Assembly (NCBI RefSeq): GCF_006345805.1
Contig: NC_043000.1
Coordinates: forward strand, 140,554,001-140,618,000
Reading direction: 5' to 3'
Length of the DNA: 64,000 nt
DNA from: Octopus sinensis
Taxonomy: Eukaryota
Under the pieces are notes generated by a model, which saw nothing but the letters and a program-made list of their open reading frames with translations, had not been told where the DNA came from and did no database searches. This document shows positions 37,428 through 50,021 of the stretch, in pieces. Position numbers and translations under genes: made by a program. Numbering within the stretch: the stretch's first letter is position 1; each line of letters starts with the position of its first letter.

Positions 37428-38839
37428 TAACAAATATAAACCAAATTTTTTGGAGAACAAAATAATTAAATCCATATATTTTAAACTTTGCTTCCAATCC
37501 CAACACCGACACGGCAACCACCACCAAAATGATATTCTTTTCACAGCCTTTAGTTATTTTATTTTAGTCATTCTGAAACACTTGTAATTTGCATTTAAAA
37601 TAAAACAAAATTCTTAACCGCCACCAACCTTTCATCGTATCTTTCACAATTAAAAAAAAAAATTAAATACTAGTTGATGTGTGAAAACAAAATTAGAATT
37701 TTGAAAGAAGAATCTATAAAACAATTATTTCATTTATTTAAAATGTAGAGAAGAATATTTTTAAATTGAGAAGAAGTATAATAGGGTCAAACATATTTCA
37801 TCTTTTCCCTCCGGCTATCATAACAACAGTTTTTCGTAGCAGCACCAAGTCCAAGTCCTATATTAAATCTTTTATGTATATCTGTTTATTTTTGTCTTCT
37901 GTGGAAGATGAAAAATAACATGTAGAATTTAATTTGATGGGAATTATGTCAATGTAAATAAGGTGTCAGTACAGTCTTGTTTTTCTTTGAATTTAATTTT
38001 AATGTCTCGAAGAAGAAAGATTTTACAATATGGAAAAAATATAAAAGAAAAATAACGAAACTAAAACAAAAGGAAAGAAAACATTCGAATTGTGAAAGGA
38101 TGATGGAGGAGGAAGAATTTAGGAATTTTTGCTTTGTTTTAAATGTGAATTCCAAATATTTCGGCATGCTGAATATAATGAAGTGACAAAAACTAACAAA
38201 AAAAAATCATTTTAATGGTGTGTTGTTGGGGTGTAGGAATTTGTTCTAATGGTGATGGCTGTCATCAAAGTAGGAGGTAGGTTAAGTTTAGAAGCTTATA
38301 GGTTACTATATTATTTCAGAAACGGCTCCCTCCGCCACATTTACTTTTAAAGTGAGTGGTGCGAAACAAATTTGAAAAATCTCGTCGAGAAACGAAGAAA
38401 ATCCAACTGATATGGGTGACCTTCGACCATATAGCAAGCAGAAGAGAAGAGAACAAATTTTAGAATCAGCCTGTCTCAAGCTTTTTTACCTCGCCGATAG
38501 TCACTGAATTCTACCTGTAATAGCATTTTGGCTAAGTGCATTTCTATCTACATTTTGACAGTTCTATAAAACAAAATATTTATTTTCTGTCTTGATAATT
38601 ATTATCGTTTTTCTTTTTCTTTGTCTGTCTGTGTGAATAATATCTTTGTAATGTAAAGCGCAAATTAGTTGTGTGAATATCCAATGTATACTAGTATACA
38701 AAATCTAGTAACTGCTACAGTCTTAGAGCTGATGATTTCAGTATGCTGGTGTGAATACAAGGGTCACAAAAGGTAAACATGGTTTTGCCATGTTTTGCTA
38801 CCGACTTACATATACAAGTGCTATCAGTCGAAAGCTCCG

Positions 38840-40690
38840 CATGCCGGAAGACAACAAGTGTATGGGATCATCAGGAGAGAATGCGCGCTGTTTCGGGTCC
38901 TATCTCTCGGCGGCATCCTTGCCCACCACCCCTTCCCTCACTGAAATGAAGCCCCGCTTGCAAGGTCAACAGGTTATTAGATATAGCTCAATATTCTTCT
39001 AGTCATCGCTCATCATCTCTTTTTAACCAAATCTAGTGGTTTGCCTTTTCCACTGTAGTTTGGATATTACTCATGGTGGTATTTGCTTTCAATAGATACA
39101 TCTGTTCCTCCCATTTCGCCATCTGTCCTTGTTGAGCGCATTGGATCAAATGAAGCTTTTTTTCTGTTTTTTTTTTTTTTGCTTTGATGCTGTTGCTAAC
39201 AACAGATCTGTATTTGGTCTGCACCATGCTTGCAAACGGTCTGAACTGATCTGCACCAAATCCAAGTCCCTTCCGATGAATTTGCGTTGCACCCACCATA
39301 TGCCGGTGTGTAAGTGAAGACATGATGTCATCAGTCTCTGCTTCTGCTTTCCACATCTTGACTGTTTTTACATCTGGTGGATTAAGCATGATTTCTATAT
39401 CCTTCGAATCTCTCAACATCATCACTGTTCATAACTTCTCTAGTTTATAAATTTCGACTATTTATGCCAATGGTAGCTGCAATGAGGCTCTTTTATGATA
39501 GAGAGATGAACTGTTCAACATCTGAAGTAGACCTAGCCACTTTCTAATGAACACATTACACTTTTGTTCAATGATTTGAGCTCATGACAGTGCCACCTCA
39601 TATAATAAAAGTGGCTATGAATGGTATAGATACAGGCTGAACTGTAAGCCCCATATTTTATATTTACCTGCTAGCTTTGAGTTATCAATTGCTGTTAATC
39701 CATTCTCAGTTTGTTTCATAATTTGCATCCTGCGATTCCTATATGACAATGTTCCAGTGTATACACACCCCGAGTGCTTCACAGGTTCTTCCTTGACTGT
39801 TGGAATGCTTTCTTCAGCTATTTTAAACTTAACTTCTTTTTGCACTCCCTTAATAAATGTCAGACTACACGACTGTTTTGCTTTGAATCGCATCCTTGAC
39901 CACTTCACAAGCTCGTCTAGCCTCAATAGGGTACACTGCATGATTTGCTTGTCTTTCGACAGAAGTGTCACGTCATCTGTGAAGGTCTTCTTAGGTGATT
40001 GTACAGGGGCGATTTGTTCGGTGTCAATCTGCTGTAAAATTTCCAGCTGTAAGCCTCATTTCGAAATTGTCATTAATTTTGTTACTTTTTCCGGAATGTA
40101 GAAGTGGTCCATGGTTCTGATCAGTAATTCGTGTGGCACTGAACCATATGCATTAGCTAGATCAAGCCATCCCACGTTCTATTTGGCATCCTGGATCGCT
40201 TTCCAAATCAAAAAAACAATGTTCAACGCATCCAGGGATTTCGGCCTTTTGAACAGATTCATCAACATATCCATTACTCTGTAGATATGCCACTGTTCTC
40301 CTTGAAAGAATTCCCATAAAGATCTTGCCTCCCACATTTAATAAACTGTTTTATAGTCTCTGCGTTGGCCTCCTTCGGCAGGTATATTCCTTCTGACTTA
40401 CACCAATCTTTTACTAGAATCTCTTCGCTCCACAGCTGTCGGAGCAGGTCAAAGAGCTTCTTTTGTAGACGGTTGCAATATTTATATACTTTATACGAGA
40501 CGCCATCACCTTCTAGAGCACTCTTTGCCCTAGATTTTCTCACGAAACAATTTCACCTCTTTCTCCCTGATGTCCCCAATTTGAAATTCGACATCAGGTG
40601 CTAAGAAATGCTTTAGCCCATTTATAGGTATGAAATGTTTGATTACGCATTGGGTCATAGTATCGTCTATTTCCTCGCTTGAGGAAGGCT
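38840..40690 (-). mobile_element. Decayed, internally deleted Hero-like (RLE-type) non-LTR retrotransposon
   Basis: RKSRAKSALEGDGVSYKVYKYC...W...GIYLPKE (RT start), WSRMRFKAKQS..PTVKEEPVK, HRHMVGATQIHRKGLGFG, C-terminal VEKANH*IWLKRDDER*, then 3' UTR. Confidence 0.85.
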
Positions 40691-40911
40691 GTAGTGTTTT
40701 CAACTTGCGTGCATAACATTTAAAGTCAATTTATATGGATGTATTCTTTTAACAAACTCCCGGCCTTTAAAACACTTACTGAAACCCACAGATTGATATA
40801 AAATGTATTTTCTCTTCTCTAATCTTTTCAGATTAAAAAATTTTAACCAAAATTTAAAAGAAAAAGGTGTTGATAATGATGATGATGGTACTGATAATAT
40901 TCTTTCTCTGT

Positions 40912-41505
40912 GAGGGCGACTAGCTGGCAGAAACGTTAGCACGCCGGGCGAAATGCTTAGTGGTTTTTCGTCTGCCGCTACGTTCTGAGTTCAAATTCCG
41001 CCGAGGTCGACTTTGCCTTTCATCCTTTCGGGCTCGATTAAATAAGTATCAGTTATGCACTGGGGACGATATAATCGACTTAATCCGTTTGTCTGTCCTT
41101 GTTTGTCCCTTCTGTGTTTAGCCCCTTGTGGGTAGTAAAGAAATAGGTAATTCATATGCCGTTACCTTTTGAGTTCAAATTCCACCGAGGTCAACTTTGC
41201 CTTTCATCCTCTTGGGATTGATAAATTAAGCACCAGGTACGCACTGGGGTCGATGTAATCGACTTAATCCGTTTGTCTGTCCTTGTTTGTCCTCTCTGTG
41301 TTTAACCCCTTGTGAGTAATAAAGAAATTCGTATTTCGTCTGCCGTTACGTTCTGAGTTCAAAATCCGTAGAGGTCGACTTTGCCTTTCGTCCTTTCAGT
41401 ATCGATAAATTAGGTACCAGTTATGTACTGGGTCGATCTAATCGCTTGCACGCCCCCCTGCCTCCCCCAAAATGTCGAGCCTTGTACCTAGAGTGGAAAC
41501 GAATA
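40912..41505 (+). mobile_element. Head-to-tail trimer of family B SINEs
   Basis: Three successive GAGTTCAAA...ACTTTGCCTTTC.TCC cores. Confidence 0.85.
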
Positions 41506-42307
41506 TTCTTTCTCTGTCACAATACCTTGTAAAACTATTTTACCATAAGAAATGGAAAGAAATAACTACATCAGAACTATTTTTTGGAAAAAATCAGGTG
41601 AAAATTTTGAAAAACTTCAGTTGTTTGGCAGAAAGTTAACATAATCCAAGTTAATTAAGCACTGGATTTGTCACATCAAAATGTTGCGAATCACTTATAC
41701 TGTTTGGGATATGGAAACCCATTTTGAACACAATGCATTTGAAATACGCTATCTATATTTCATTGACTTCGTGCAGTTTGTAAACTTTTTACAAGCATTT
41801 CTTTCACTGGAGTCCTTCACTCCCAATGGTTTAACCGCGAGATCGGGTATTATTTCTATGTCCCCTCGCATGATACAGCATTAAGACATTTATTGGATGG
41901 CCGTTCACTCCGCCCTTTGACGGGTTTTGTTTTTGATGCCGCAAGGTGTCCAATAAACACCCTCCTCACCAAGCAAGCTTGGTGGGGTTGCCAGTTTAGT
42001 CGCCGACAACCCGACCATGCAACAGGTTGTACTGGGTTACATGTTACCAGTAGCACTCGAAAGTGACCTGACATACATACATACACACACATACATACAC
42101 ACACACACGCACACACAGCACTGACATATTTTCATCTTGCTCAACAGGTTAATTTTCATTCTTCTTTCGTCTATAATGCTATGGTGTTATTCTGATATTC
42201 CAAGCATACTACATTATATTTTGTTCATTATGTTGTATTGCCTTTTAATACTGGTAGCACAAACAGATGCACTGTCACAGTTATTTCGTTTACAATTGAT
42301 TCACAGG

Positions 42308-43284
42308 CAGTGGCGGCTCGTGTATAGGAACTGTGGAACTACAGCACCTACTATTTCCACTCAATATTATTGATAACATTCAAGATAATGTGCCCTTCTT
42401 TCTTTATATTTGTGTATGAAAAAATACAAAAATCCTTGTATAGAACTGTGCGCATCACAGTTCCAGTGACGCAGCGTTTGTCTGTTGTGTGCATGCTCAC
42501 ATGCCCCAGATAGGAAGCTGCATGCTAGGGAGAGAGAGAGAGAGAGAGGACAGCGTGAACGTGAGTGTCGAATGAAAGGTAGTATTTCTTTTATAACTCC
42601 GAGTGTGTTGTGCTTAAAATCGTGTTTATATTCTTGAATGTGATAAAGTGTAGAATTAGTTTATCATTCTGCTTCCAGCTTCAGTGTTACTACCAGGATT
42701 TGAAAAATAGGGCACATTTCGTCCCTTTATTTTGTGATTTAGGGAGCAGTTTTGAAAAACAAGGGAGAATTCGCGGCGGTATTCTGTGAACAAATTAAAC
42801 ACACTACCCGGCAGTGGCTAAAACGCGAACCGATCAAATATATGCATAAATTTTCTTTTAATATGTTTGTTTCTAAGCCATTTAAGAAACACACAAAATC
42901 CGTTAAATTCACTTCAACATTTAAATTTAATTTGCCAATATATTTTCGTTGCTTTGAGACCGTGACCTGTTCGCTGACAAAATTCCGATGCAGCGCGGAA
43001 TTTTGTCAGTGAACAGGTCGCGGTCTCAAAGCGACGAAAATATTTTGGCAAATTTAAATGTTGAAGTGAATCTAACGGCTTTTGTGTGTTTCCTAAATGG
43101 CTTATAAACACCTTCCGCACTGCAATTGTTTTCGCTCCAGCACACGATCTCAGATCAGGTCATTTGCTATCTAAGTACATCTCCATAATGTTTGTTTCCT
43201 TTTATACAATATTAAAACAACTGCTAAATATTTTATATTTTCTGAAGCAGCACTCCCACTAATTTTATCTAGGAGCCACCACTG
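42308..43284 (+). mobile_element. Non-autonomous hAT element (same family as 45655) with a secondary insertion
   Basis: TIR CAGTGGCGGCTC / GAGCCACCACTG; 8-bp TSD TTCACAGG/TTCACAGA. Confidence 0.85.
42874..43104. repeat. 231-bp near-perfect palindrome (foldback insert)
   Basis: TAAGCCATTTA...GACAAAATTCCG atgcagcg CGGAATTTTGTC...TAAATGGCTTA. Confidence 0.9.
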
Positions 43285-43888
43285 TTCACAGATGCCCTGT
43301 AACTTTACATAACAACAATGCTAGTTTCACAGAGTTGCTTCCCAATCGCTTAGAAACTATACATACTCACAGTATCACACTCATTTGGCTATTTAGTTGG
43401 TTTACGGACTTTCAGCAAGCACTACTATATCGCCAACAGTATAAAACATATTCTACTATGGAAAGAGGATATCATTCAAAATTTTGAGAAAGTAACCCGC
43501 GTAAAGTCGAATAAATCAATTGAAGTTGAAGTTTTTTTTTCCATTAATTTCTTTAAAAAAAATTGTAATGTCGAAAAAGAAGCAAATCGAAACGACGTTA
43601 GGTGAGGTATGCCTGTACATACGATTGGTCAAAATTACCGACTTACGGTCCGTGTAAGTGTTACATCATTTACGCAAGACCGCTCATTGATGCGCGAGTA
43701 CACACACACACACCTTGTATAGAACAGTATCTCAAATCATCGCTCTTATAAAATGGTCCACCAATCATAGGTTCTACGCCGGTGACATCGTAGTCATAAA
43801 AAATATCGTTACAATACAGAAAGTCATAATGTCACAGTTCTTGAAGATAACCAAATTACATTCTATTTTGCAGAAAGCCATCGACGGA

Positions 43889-44266
43889 TGGAAGCATTCC
43901 GTCGGTTACGACGACAAGGGTTCCGGTTGATCCGGATCAACGGAACAGCCTGCTCGTGAAATTAACGTGTAAGTGGCTGAGCACTCCACAGACACGTGTA
44001 CCCTTAACGTAGTTCTCGGGGATATTCAGCGTGACACAGAGACTGACAAGGCCGGCCCTTTGAAATACAGGCACAACAGAAACAGGAAGTAAGAGTGAGA
44101 GAAAGTTATGGTGAAAGAGTACAGCAGGGATCACCACCATCCCCTGCCGGAGCATCGTGGAGCTTTAGGTGTTTCCGCTCAATAAACACTCACAACGCCC
44201 GGTCTGGGAATCGAAACCGCGATCCTATGACCGCGAGTCCGCTGCCCTAACCACTGGGCCATTGCG
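43889..44266 (-). mobile_element. tRNA SINE family D
   Basis: Reverse complement of 48390-48787. Confidence 0.85.
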
Positions 44267-44279
44267 ACGGATATGCAGC

Positions 44280-44610
44280 CACAGAAAGGAACAATAGAGC
44301 CTTATCGTCTCGTTTCACAGTCAACAACGGAGAGACAACTCGAATGGTCGAGGAGGAGTTCAGCTGCTGCGGAAAGGTGTTTGCTAGTTACATCGGGCTG
44401 AGAATCCACCAAGGGAAGGTGTGTCAGAAGAAAGTAATTCAACAACGCGAGTTGATAAACCATAAGACGTGTGGCCAGAACCTCCTGGAAAATAACCATA
44501 GCGAGGTTCATTCCACAGTTGAATTGGAACAGTCAAAAAGAGTGATAGGCGTGAAGAGGACAAAGATTAAGTGGCCGAAAGCAAATGACGTAGCGAGTTA
44601 TAAAAAATTC
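44280..44610 (+). mobile_element. Hero-like element N-terminal fragment (zinc finger)
   Basis: FSCCGKVFASYIGLRIHQGKVC ... KIKWPK, typical of the 5' coding part of RLE-type elements. Confidence 0.65.
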
Positions 44611-44825
44611 GCCCGCTGACACTCGTTGACGCTACATCGAAGAGGCCAGGGAACAGAAGAAAGAAGACATGCACCCAACACCAGAGCTGAAGACAGCCCC
44701 GCCACGTCAAGACGGTAGAGGAGTAGAGGCCGAAACCGGACGTGGTTCCTCCTGATGATGTATTGAGCTAACTGGATCCTATAAAGGAGCTGTTGTGGTA
44801 GCAGACCACGAAACACGGTTGAAAT
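44610..44825 (+). mobile_element. Unclassified repeat, possibly the 3' end of the adjacent Hero-like element
   Basis: Second copy at 60405-60605 on the minus strand. Confidence 0.6.
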
Positions 44826-45654
44826 ACCCCACACGCTGTAGCAAGCGAATAACCAGTAAACAATGCTATGTTCATTGCTTTTCTTTATTAACAACCTACA
44901 GGACCATTCAACACTGATGCCTCTCTTTAAACAATAGAATGTTACATTTTTTTTACAACAGATACAGAGAACAGATTTCACCTCTGCTAAATTTCATCAG
45001 AGAGAACATTTATTGCTTAAGATTATAGCAAACTCGTATGCACATAATGCAATCCCATATTGCGCATACTGTGTCTAGTAGACATACTGACAAACATTTC
45101 ATTTACATCAGGTGCACATACATGCAGCTCTCAGTTACGTCGTGCATAGAGTTCTCGTTTATTTCTGTAGTTTATTGGAGTAATCATTCGATTTTTCTCT
45201 ATTCTTGGTACTTTTTATCGATTTATATTTCCTTCGATATCAACAATTTGTGGGACGGGTAATATATCAGAAAATCTTTTCCTTTTTATTTTGTGACTTT
45301 TCTTGGATTGGACGGGAATCCTCGATTTGATATTAGGATTGTCGACAAATAAAATTGAATATTAACGGATATAAAGCTATAGAAAAAAAAAGGAACTTGG
45401 ACGCTGTTTTCACTGGAAATCTAATCTTCGGTTCAAACTACATCTCACTATTTATGTCATAATTTCTGTTGGCAGAGAGAACAAACAAAACCAATGGCAC
45501 ATTTATTATAAATAACTAATAGCATGTTCTCTGGATTACGTTCGGAATAAATAACATTGTTTCTGCGAAATAAGATATATAAAAAGAAAGAAAATGCGAG
45601 GAAAAACATTTTGAAGTTGTATATAATTATGGGCAAAATTATATGCACTACTAG

Positions 45655-46311
45655 CAGTGGCGGCTCGTGTTTAGGCACTGCAGAACTGCAGTACCCCCTA
45701 TTTCCGCTCAATATTACCGATAACATTCAATATAAAGAGTCCTTTTTTCTTTAATTCTTTCTTTATACTTCTACATTATATAATCCTTAAGCTTAATGTA
45801 AATAGCCATCCTCTAGTTTACGAAAAAAAAATCCATGTATTGAACTGTGCGCTTCACAGTTCCAGTGACGCAGTGTTTGGCTGTTGTGCGCATGCTAACA
45901 TGTCCGAGATAGGAAGCTGCACGCTAGAAATGAGGGAGCACTGTCGTTCCCGCAGTGCCGACCCCTGTGTGTTGTGCTCAAAAGCGTGTTTATATTCTTG
46001 AATGCAATAAAGTATAGAATTAGGTTATTATCCTGCTTCCAGCTACCGTATTACTGTCAGGATTTGAAAAATAGGGCAGATTTATCCCCTTATTTTGCAA
46101 TTTAAGGGAGTTTTGAAAAACAAGGGGGAATTCGCGGCGGAGTTCCGTGAACAAATTAAACACTACCCGGCAGTGGCTAAAACGCGAACCGATCAAGTTT
46201 GTGTATAAATTTTCATTTTATATATTTGTTTTCTTTTACACAGTATTAAAACAACGTTTAAAAATTTTCTGAAGCAGCGCTCCCACTAATTTTATTTACG
46301 AGCCGCCATTG
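45655..46311 (+). mobile_element. Non-autonomous hAT element
   Basis: TIR CAGTGGCGGCTCGT / ACGAGCCGCCATTG; 8-bp TSD ACTACTAG/ACTAGTAG. Confidence 0.88.
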
Positions 46312-47179
46312 ACTAGTAGAAAGACTGTCCCGGACGGTTTTATGCTAGTCACTTAATAGTTACAATTAGATTAATTTTTTCCGATATATACGTCAAATTT
46401 GTCTTTGTAACCCTTTATTAGTCTAGCAGTACGTACTCATTCAGTAAATAATTTGGAAAGATACTAAGCGCTCAAAGAAAAATCAGGTATTATGTTGACT
46501 TAACTTTGCCGGTTTATCATATGCATACACGTTGGGTTGAACACGATATTATATAACTTATTTCCTTTCCATAACCCTTCCTTCGTCACACACACACACG
46601 TTTAAGTATTAATAACCTATCCAGAAACACAGGAAGGTCTCAGCAAAGGGATTATAGCATGGTTATGACGAAAGATTTGTTGTCAGTTTATATACATCAT
46701 TTATTGCTTCACTCATACAAGGGTGTCCATGTGTTCATGCAATACAAGAGGAGTTAATTGTATATAAACGACATATATTGCAGGTGCCAATCTTCTTTAG
46801 AGATTCAATATTTAGGCTTGTGACTGTTAGATGTCGATATCACTCGTACTTGAGTTGATTAGCTAACTGCTGCTAGTTATTTCTAGCATCGGAGGTCAAC
46901 AGTTGTACATAAAAGACGACGACGAAATCTGTTGAGGTTGTAGCGAGACTAATTTCATAATTGTATGTTTTAAACTTAAGTAATCCCCCAAAAGGTCCCT
47001 CGTTTAAGTTTCTAATGATTTTGGCGCCTTACAGTAAATCTCTTCTGCTCCACTAACAGTTGTCTTTTGTGGGCCTGGTAACGCTGTTTTTTAGTCTTGT
47101 TTTATAGAATTGCCACGAAAATCCTCCTCTTAGATCTTGTCCAACAGTTTTGTAAGACAATAAGCATGTTTGTTTTGAA

Positions 47180-47395
47180 TTCTGGCTTCCATGCCGGTGG
47201 CACATAAAAAGCACCATTTGAGTGTGATCGTTACCAGCATCGCCTTACTGGCACTTGTGCTGGTGGCACGTGAAAAAACATTCGAATGAGGTCGTTGCCA
47301 GTGCCGCTGGACTGGCTCCTGTGCAGGTAGCACGTAAAAAAACACCATTTGAGTGTGGCCGTTGCCAGTACTGCCTGACTGGCCTTTCTGCGGGG
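47180..47395 (+). mobile_element. Family C internal tandem units, partial
   Basis: GGTGGCACATAAAAAGCACCATTTGAG units. Confidence 0.7.
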
Positions 47396-47714
47396 ACGTT
47401 AAAATACTTGGTTGAGTCTGGCATTTAGATTGGTCTAGTTCTACGGGGGATACGGAGCTTGTATCCAATCACGTTGCGCAATAGACCAAAAAGAAAAAAA
47501 AATACGGCAAATTAAAAATGTTCACCTGAATCTCTTTTTTTGTCAACAAAAAGCATGATTTTTTTTTTCATTTTTAATTCAGAGGGGAGAGTTTGTTTTT
47601 CAGGAAACTGTCACATTATTTTTTATTCCTGTTGAAGCACAAGTAACCAATTTCGACTCAGTTGAAAAGCCAACTATTTATTCGTCTGGTTCGCTGTATA
47701 ATTTTGAAAACACC

Positions 47715-47999
47715 TAAAAGCTCCACGAGGCTCCGGCAGGGGATGGTGGTGGTGATCTCTGCTGGGACTCTTTCACCACAACTTTCTCTCACTCTTACTT
47801 CCTGTTTCTGTTGTACCTGTATTTCAAGGGGCCGGCCTTGTCACTCTCTGTGTCATGCTGAATATCCCCCGAGAACTACGTTAAGGGTACACGTGTCTGT
47901 GGAGTGCTCAGCCACTTACACGTTAATTTCACGAGCAGGATGTTCCGTTGATTCGGATCAACCGGAACCCTCATCGTCGTAACCGACGGAGTGCTTCCA
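47715..47999 (+). mobile_element. Family D SINE, headless
   Basis: Matches 48487-48771. Confidence 0.85.
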
Positions 48000-48389
48000 T
48001 ATGTATAATTTTATTTAGCGGAAGAATAAAGTGTCACTGTTAATTGAAAGCTTGTTTCTTGTATTATTTCCACCGTTTTACATGCAACTCCCGAGAAGCA
48101 AGAATTTCTATCAAGAGAGCCAGAGACACACTTCCAGCTACATGAATTTTACGAACAAAATTTTTGAGGGAATTTCGATGTTATCGTTCTTGGTCTGATC
48201 GAAATAGTATGCTAAAAGCAGACTGCTAATCGTTGTGTTGCTGTGGATTGATTGTCATGATAATATTAACTAGTTTCAGCTGCTGCCCATGTGTTCGCCA
48301 TTCGTCTGCCTTGTCGTCTATGCTCTCTCTGTTACATAGCAAGGCTTCCAGTCAGGCACTCGTGAGTGTGTGTCATTTTATACCGACTG

Positions 48390-48787
48390 TGGAGGCGCAA
48401 TGGCCCAGTGGTTAGGGCAGCGGACTCGCGGTCATAGGATCGCGGTTTCGATTCCCAGACCGGGCGTTGTGAGTGTTTATTGAGCGAAAACACCTAAAGC
48501 TCCACGAGGCTCCGGCAGGGGATGGTGGTGATCCCTGCTGTACTCTTTCACCACAACTTTCTCTCACTCTTACTTCCTGTTTCTGTTGTGCCTGTATTTC
48601 AAGGGGCCGGCCTTGTCACTCTCTGTGTCACCCTGAATATCCCCGAGAACTACGTTAAGGGTACGCGTGTCTGTGGAGTGCTCAGCCACTTACACGTTAA
48701 TTTCACGAGCAGGCTGTTCCGTTGATTCGGATCAATCGGAACCCTCATCGTCGTAACCGACGGAGTGCTTCCCCCCCCAAAAAAAAA
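48390..48787 (+). mobile_element. Family D tRNA SINE, full length and young
   Basis: tRNA-like head TGGCCCAGTGGTTAGG...GGTTTCGATTCCC; perfect 10-bp TSD ATACCGACTG (48380-89, 48788-97). Confidence 0.9.
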
Positions 48788-49243
48788 ATACCGACTGAGA
48801 GGCTCAGAAGGAAGGCGCCAAAAGTTAAAATGGTCTGAAACCTATTCTACAGGAAATTGTGATTGGCCAGATTTTGTTGTTCACGTGGGTAATATTCTTT
48901 CCAAACGAAGTCGCACTAAATCAGATTCGCTTATCACGTGAGCAACATTCTTGTTAATCGTGACATCGGGTGATTGCTGAATATTCCGCTACAGCCTGGT
49001 TTTTCACATCAATGTATATTCATGTTGCCATGGTGTTATGGTATGAGTCTTAATTTTTATCGCACCGAGTTGAGTATCGAGGTGTAAGAACAGCTATTAG
49101 GGTTAGTCACCTTAGGTTGAGTATGCAGGTGTGAAAACAGCTATTAGTGAGAGGAAATTCACCAACGATCGAATTCACTATGCATTTTCATACTGTATTT
49201 GAAATTTTCTGCTCACAGAAAATTCTAATGATAGTCACCAGAC

Positions 49244-49439
49244 CAGTGGTTTTCAACCAGGGTTCCGCCAGTACAGTCCAGGGGTTCCGCAAGAAGTTAC
49301 AAAAAAAAGTTACAGTAATATTTATTTCTCCTGTGCAAATATGTGTGCATAAGACTATTAAATTATTGCACAGGGGTTCCTCGAGCCAGTGGAATGTTTC
49401 CTTGGGGTTCCGCTCCAGCAAAAAGGTTGAAAAGTACTG
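49244..49439. mobile_element. hAT (Charlie-like) MITE
   Basis: CAGTGGTTTTCAACC / GGTTGAAAAGTACTG; 8-bp TSD CACCAGAC/CAGCAGAC. Confidence 0.8.
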
Positions 49440-49758
49440 CAGCAGACTATCACGTGTACTAAAAGCGTTGATTGATTGAAATGGGGTTTGCATGCATGAT
49501 AAACGCGTGATTTACATGTTGTCGGAAGTGGGGTCGGAATTAACTGTTATTGAATTAACTATGGGAAATATATAACAGATTTAATGTTATAGTCCTTATA
49601 GGGGTGTAGCATGGATTCAAACTCGCGTTGCCACATTAAGAATATCAAGTCGTGCCTTAACAACGGCTTGATCATGTGTGCAACCAAATTACTGTCCAAT
49701 CGGCGACTGGTGTTCATGAGATAACTTCCTCAGATCGTTCTCGAAGCTTCTACAAGCA

Positions 49759-49989
49759 TCTATAGTTATAAAACAAAGGATATGTGTGTGTGCATAGTAC
49801 GTATGCATTCCTACTGTTTTCAACTGATTTTCACCAAACTTTACACACACATTATTTATGTGCCAATGGTGGTCATGCATTATAACATTTTACCCAGAGC
49901 TCCAGCGTAAAGAGCGAAACCAAGAAAAACGGTATTTTACACGGGTTTGTCTCTAAAAATTGCTCTAGTTTTCAACCGATTCCCTTCCT

Positions 49990-50021
<32 letters not shown>

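Noticed and set aside
38729-38837. CTGATGA ... GAAAGCTC as a hammerhead
   Set aside because: No stem I or stem II complementarity
44720-44825. CTGAAGA/CTGATGA and two GAAAC as a hammerhead
   Set aside because: Tested type I, II and III arrangements by hand; stem II closure and stem III fail
48390-48465. tRNA gene
   Set aside because: tRNA-like A/B boxes, but it continues into a SINE body with a TSD and no clean cloverleaf; the same applies to other SINE heads
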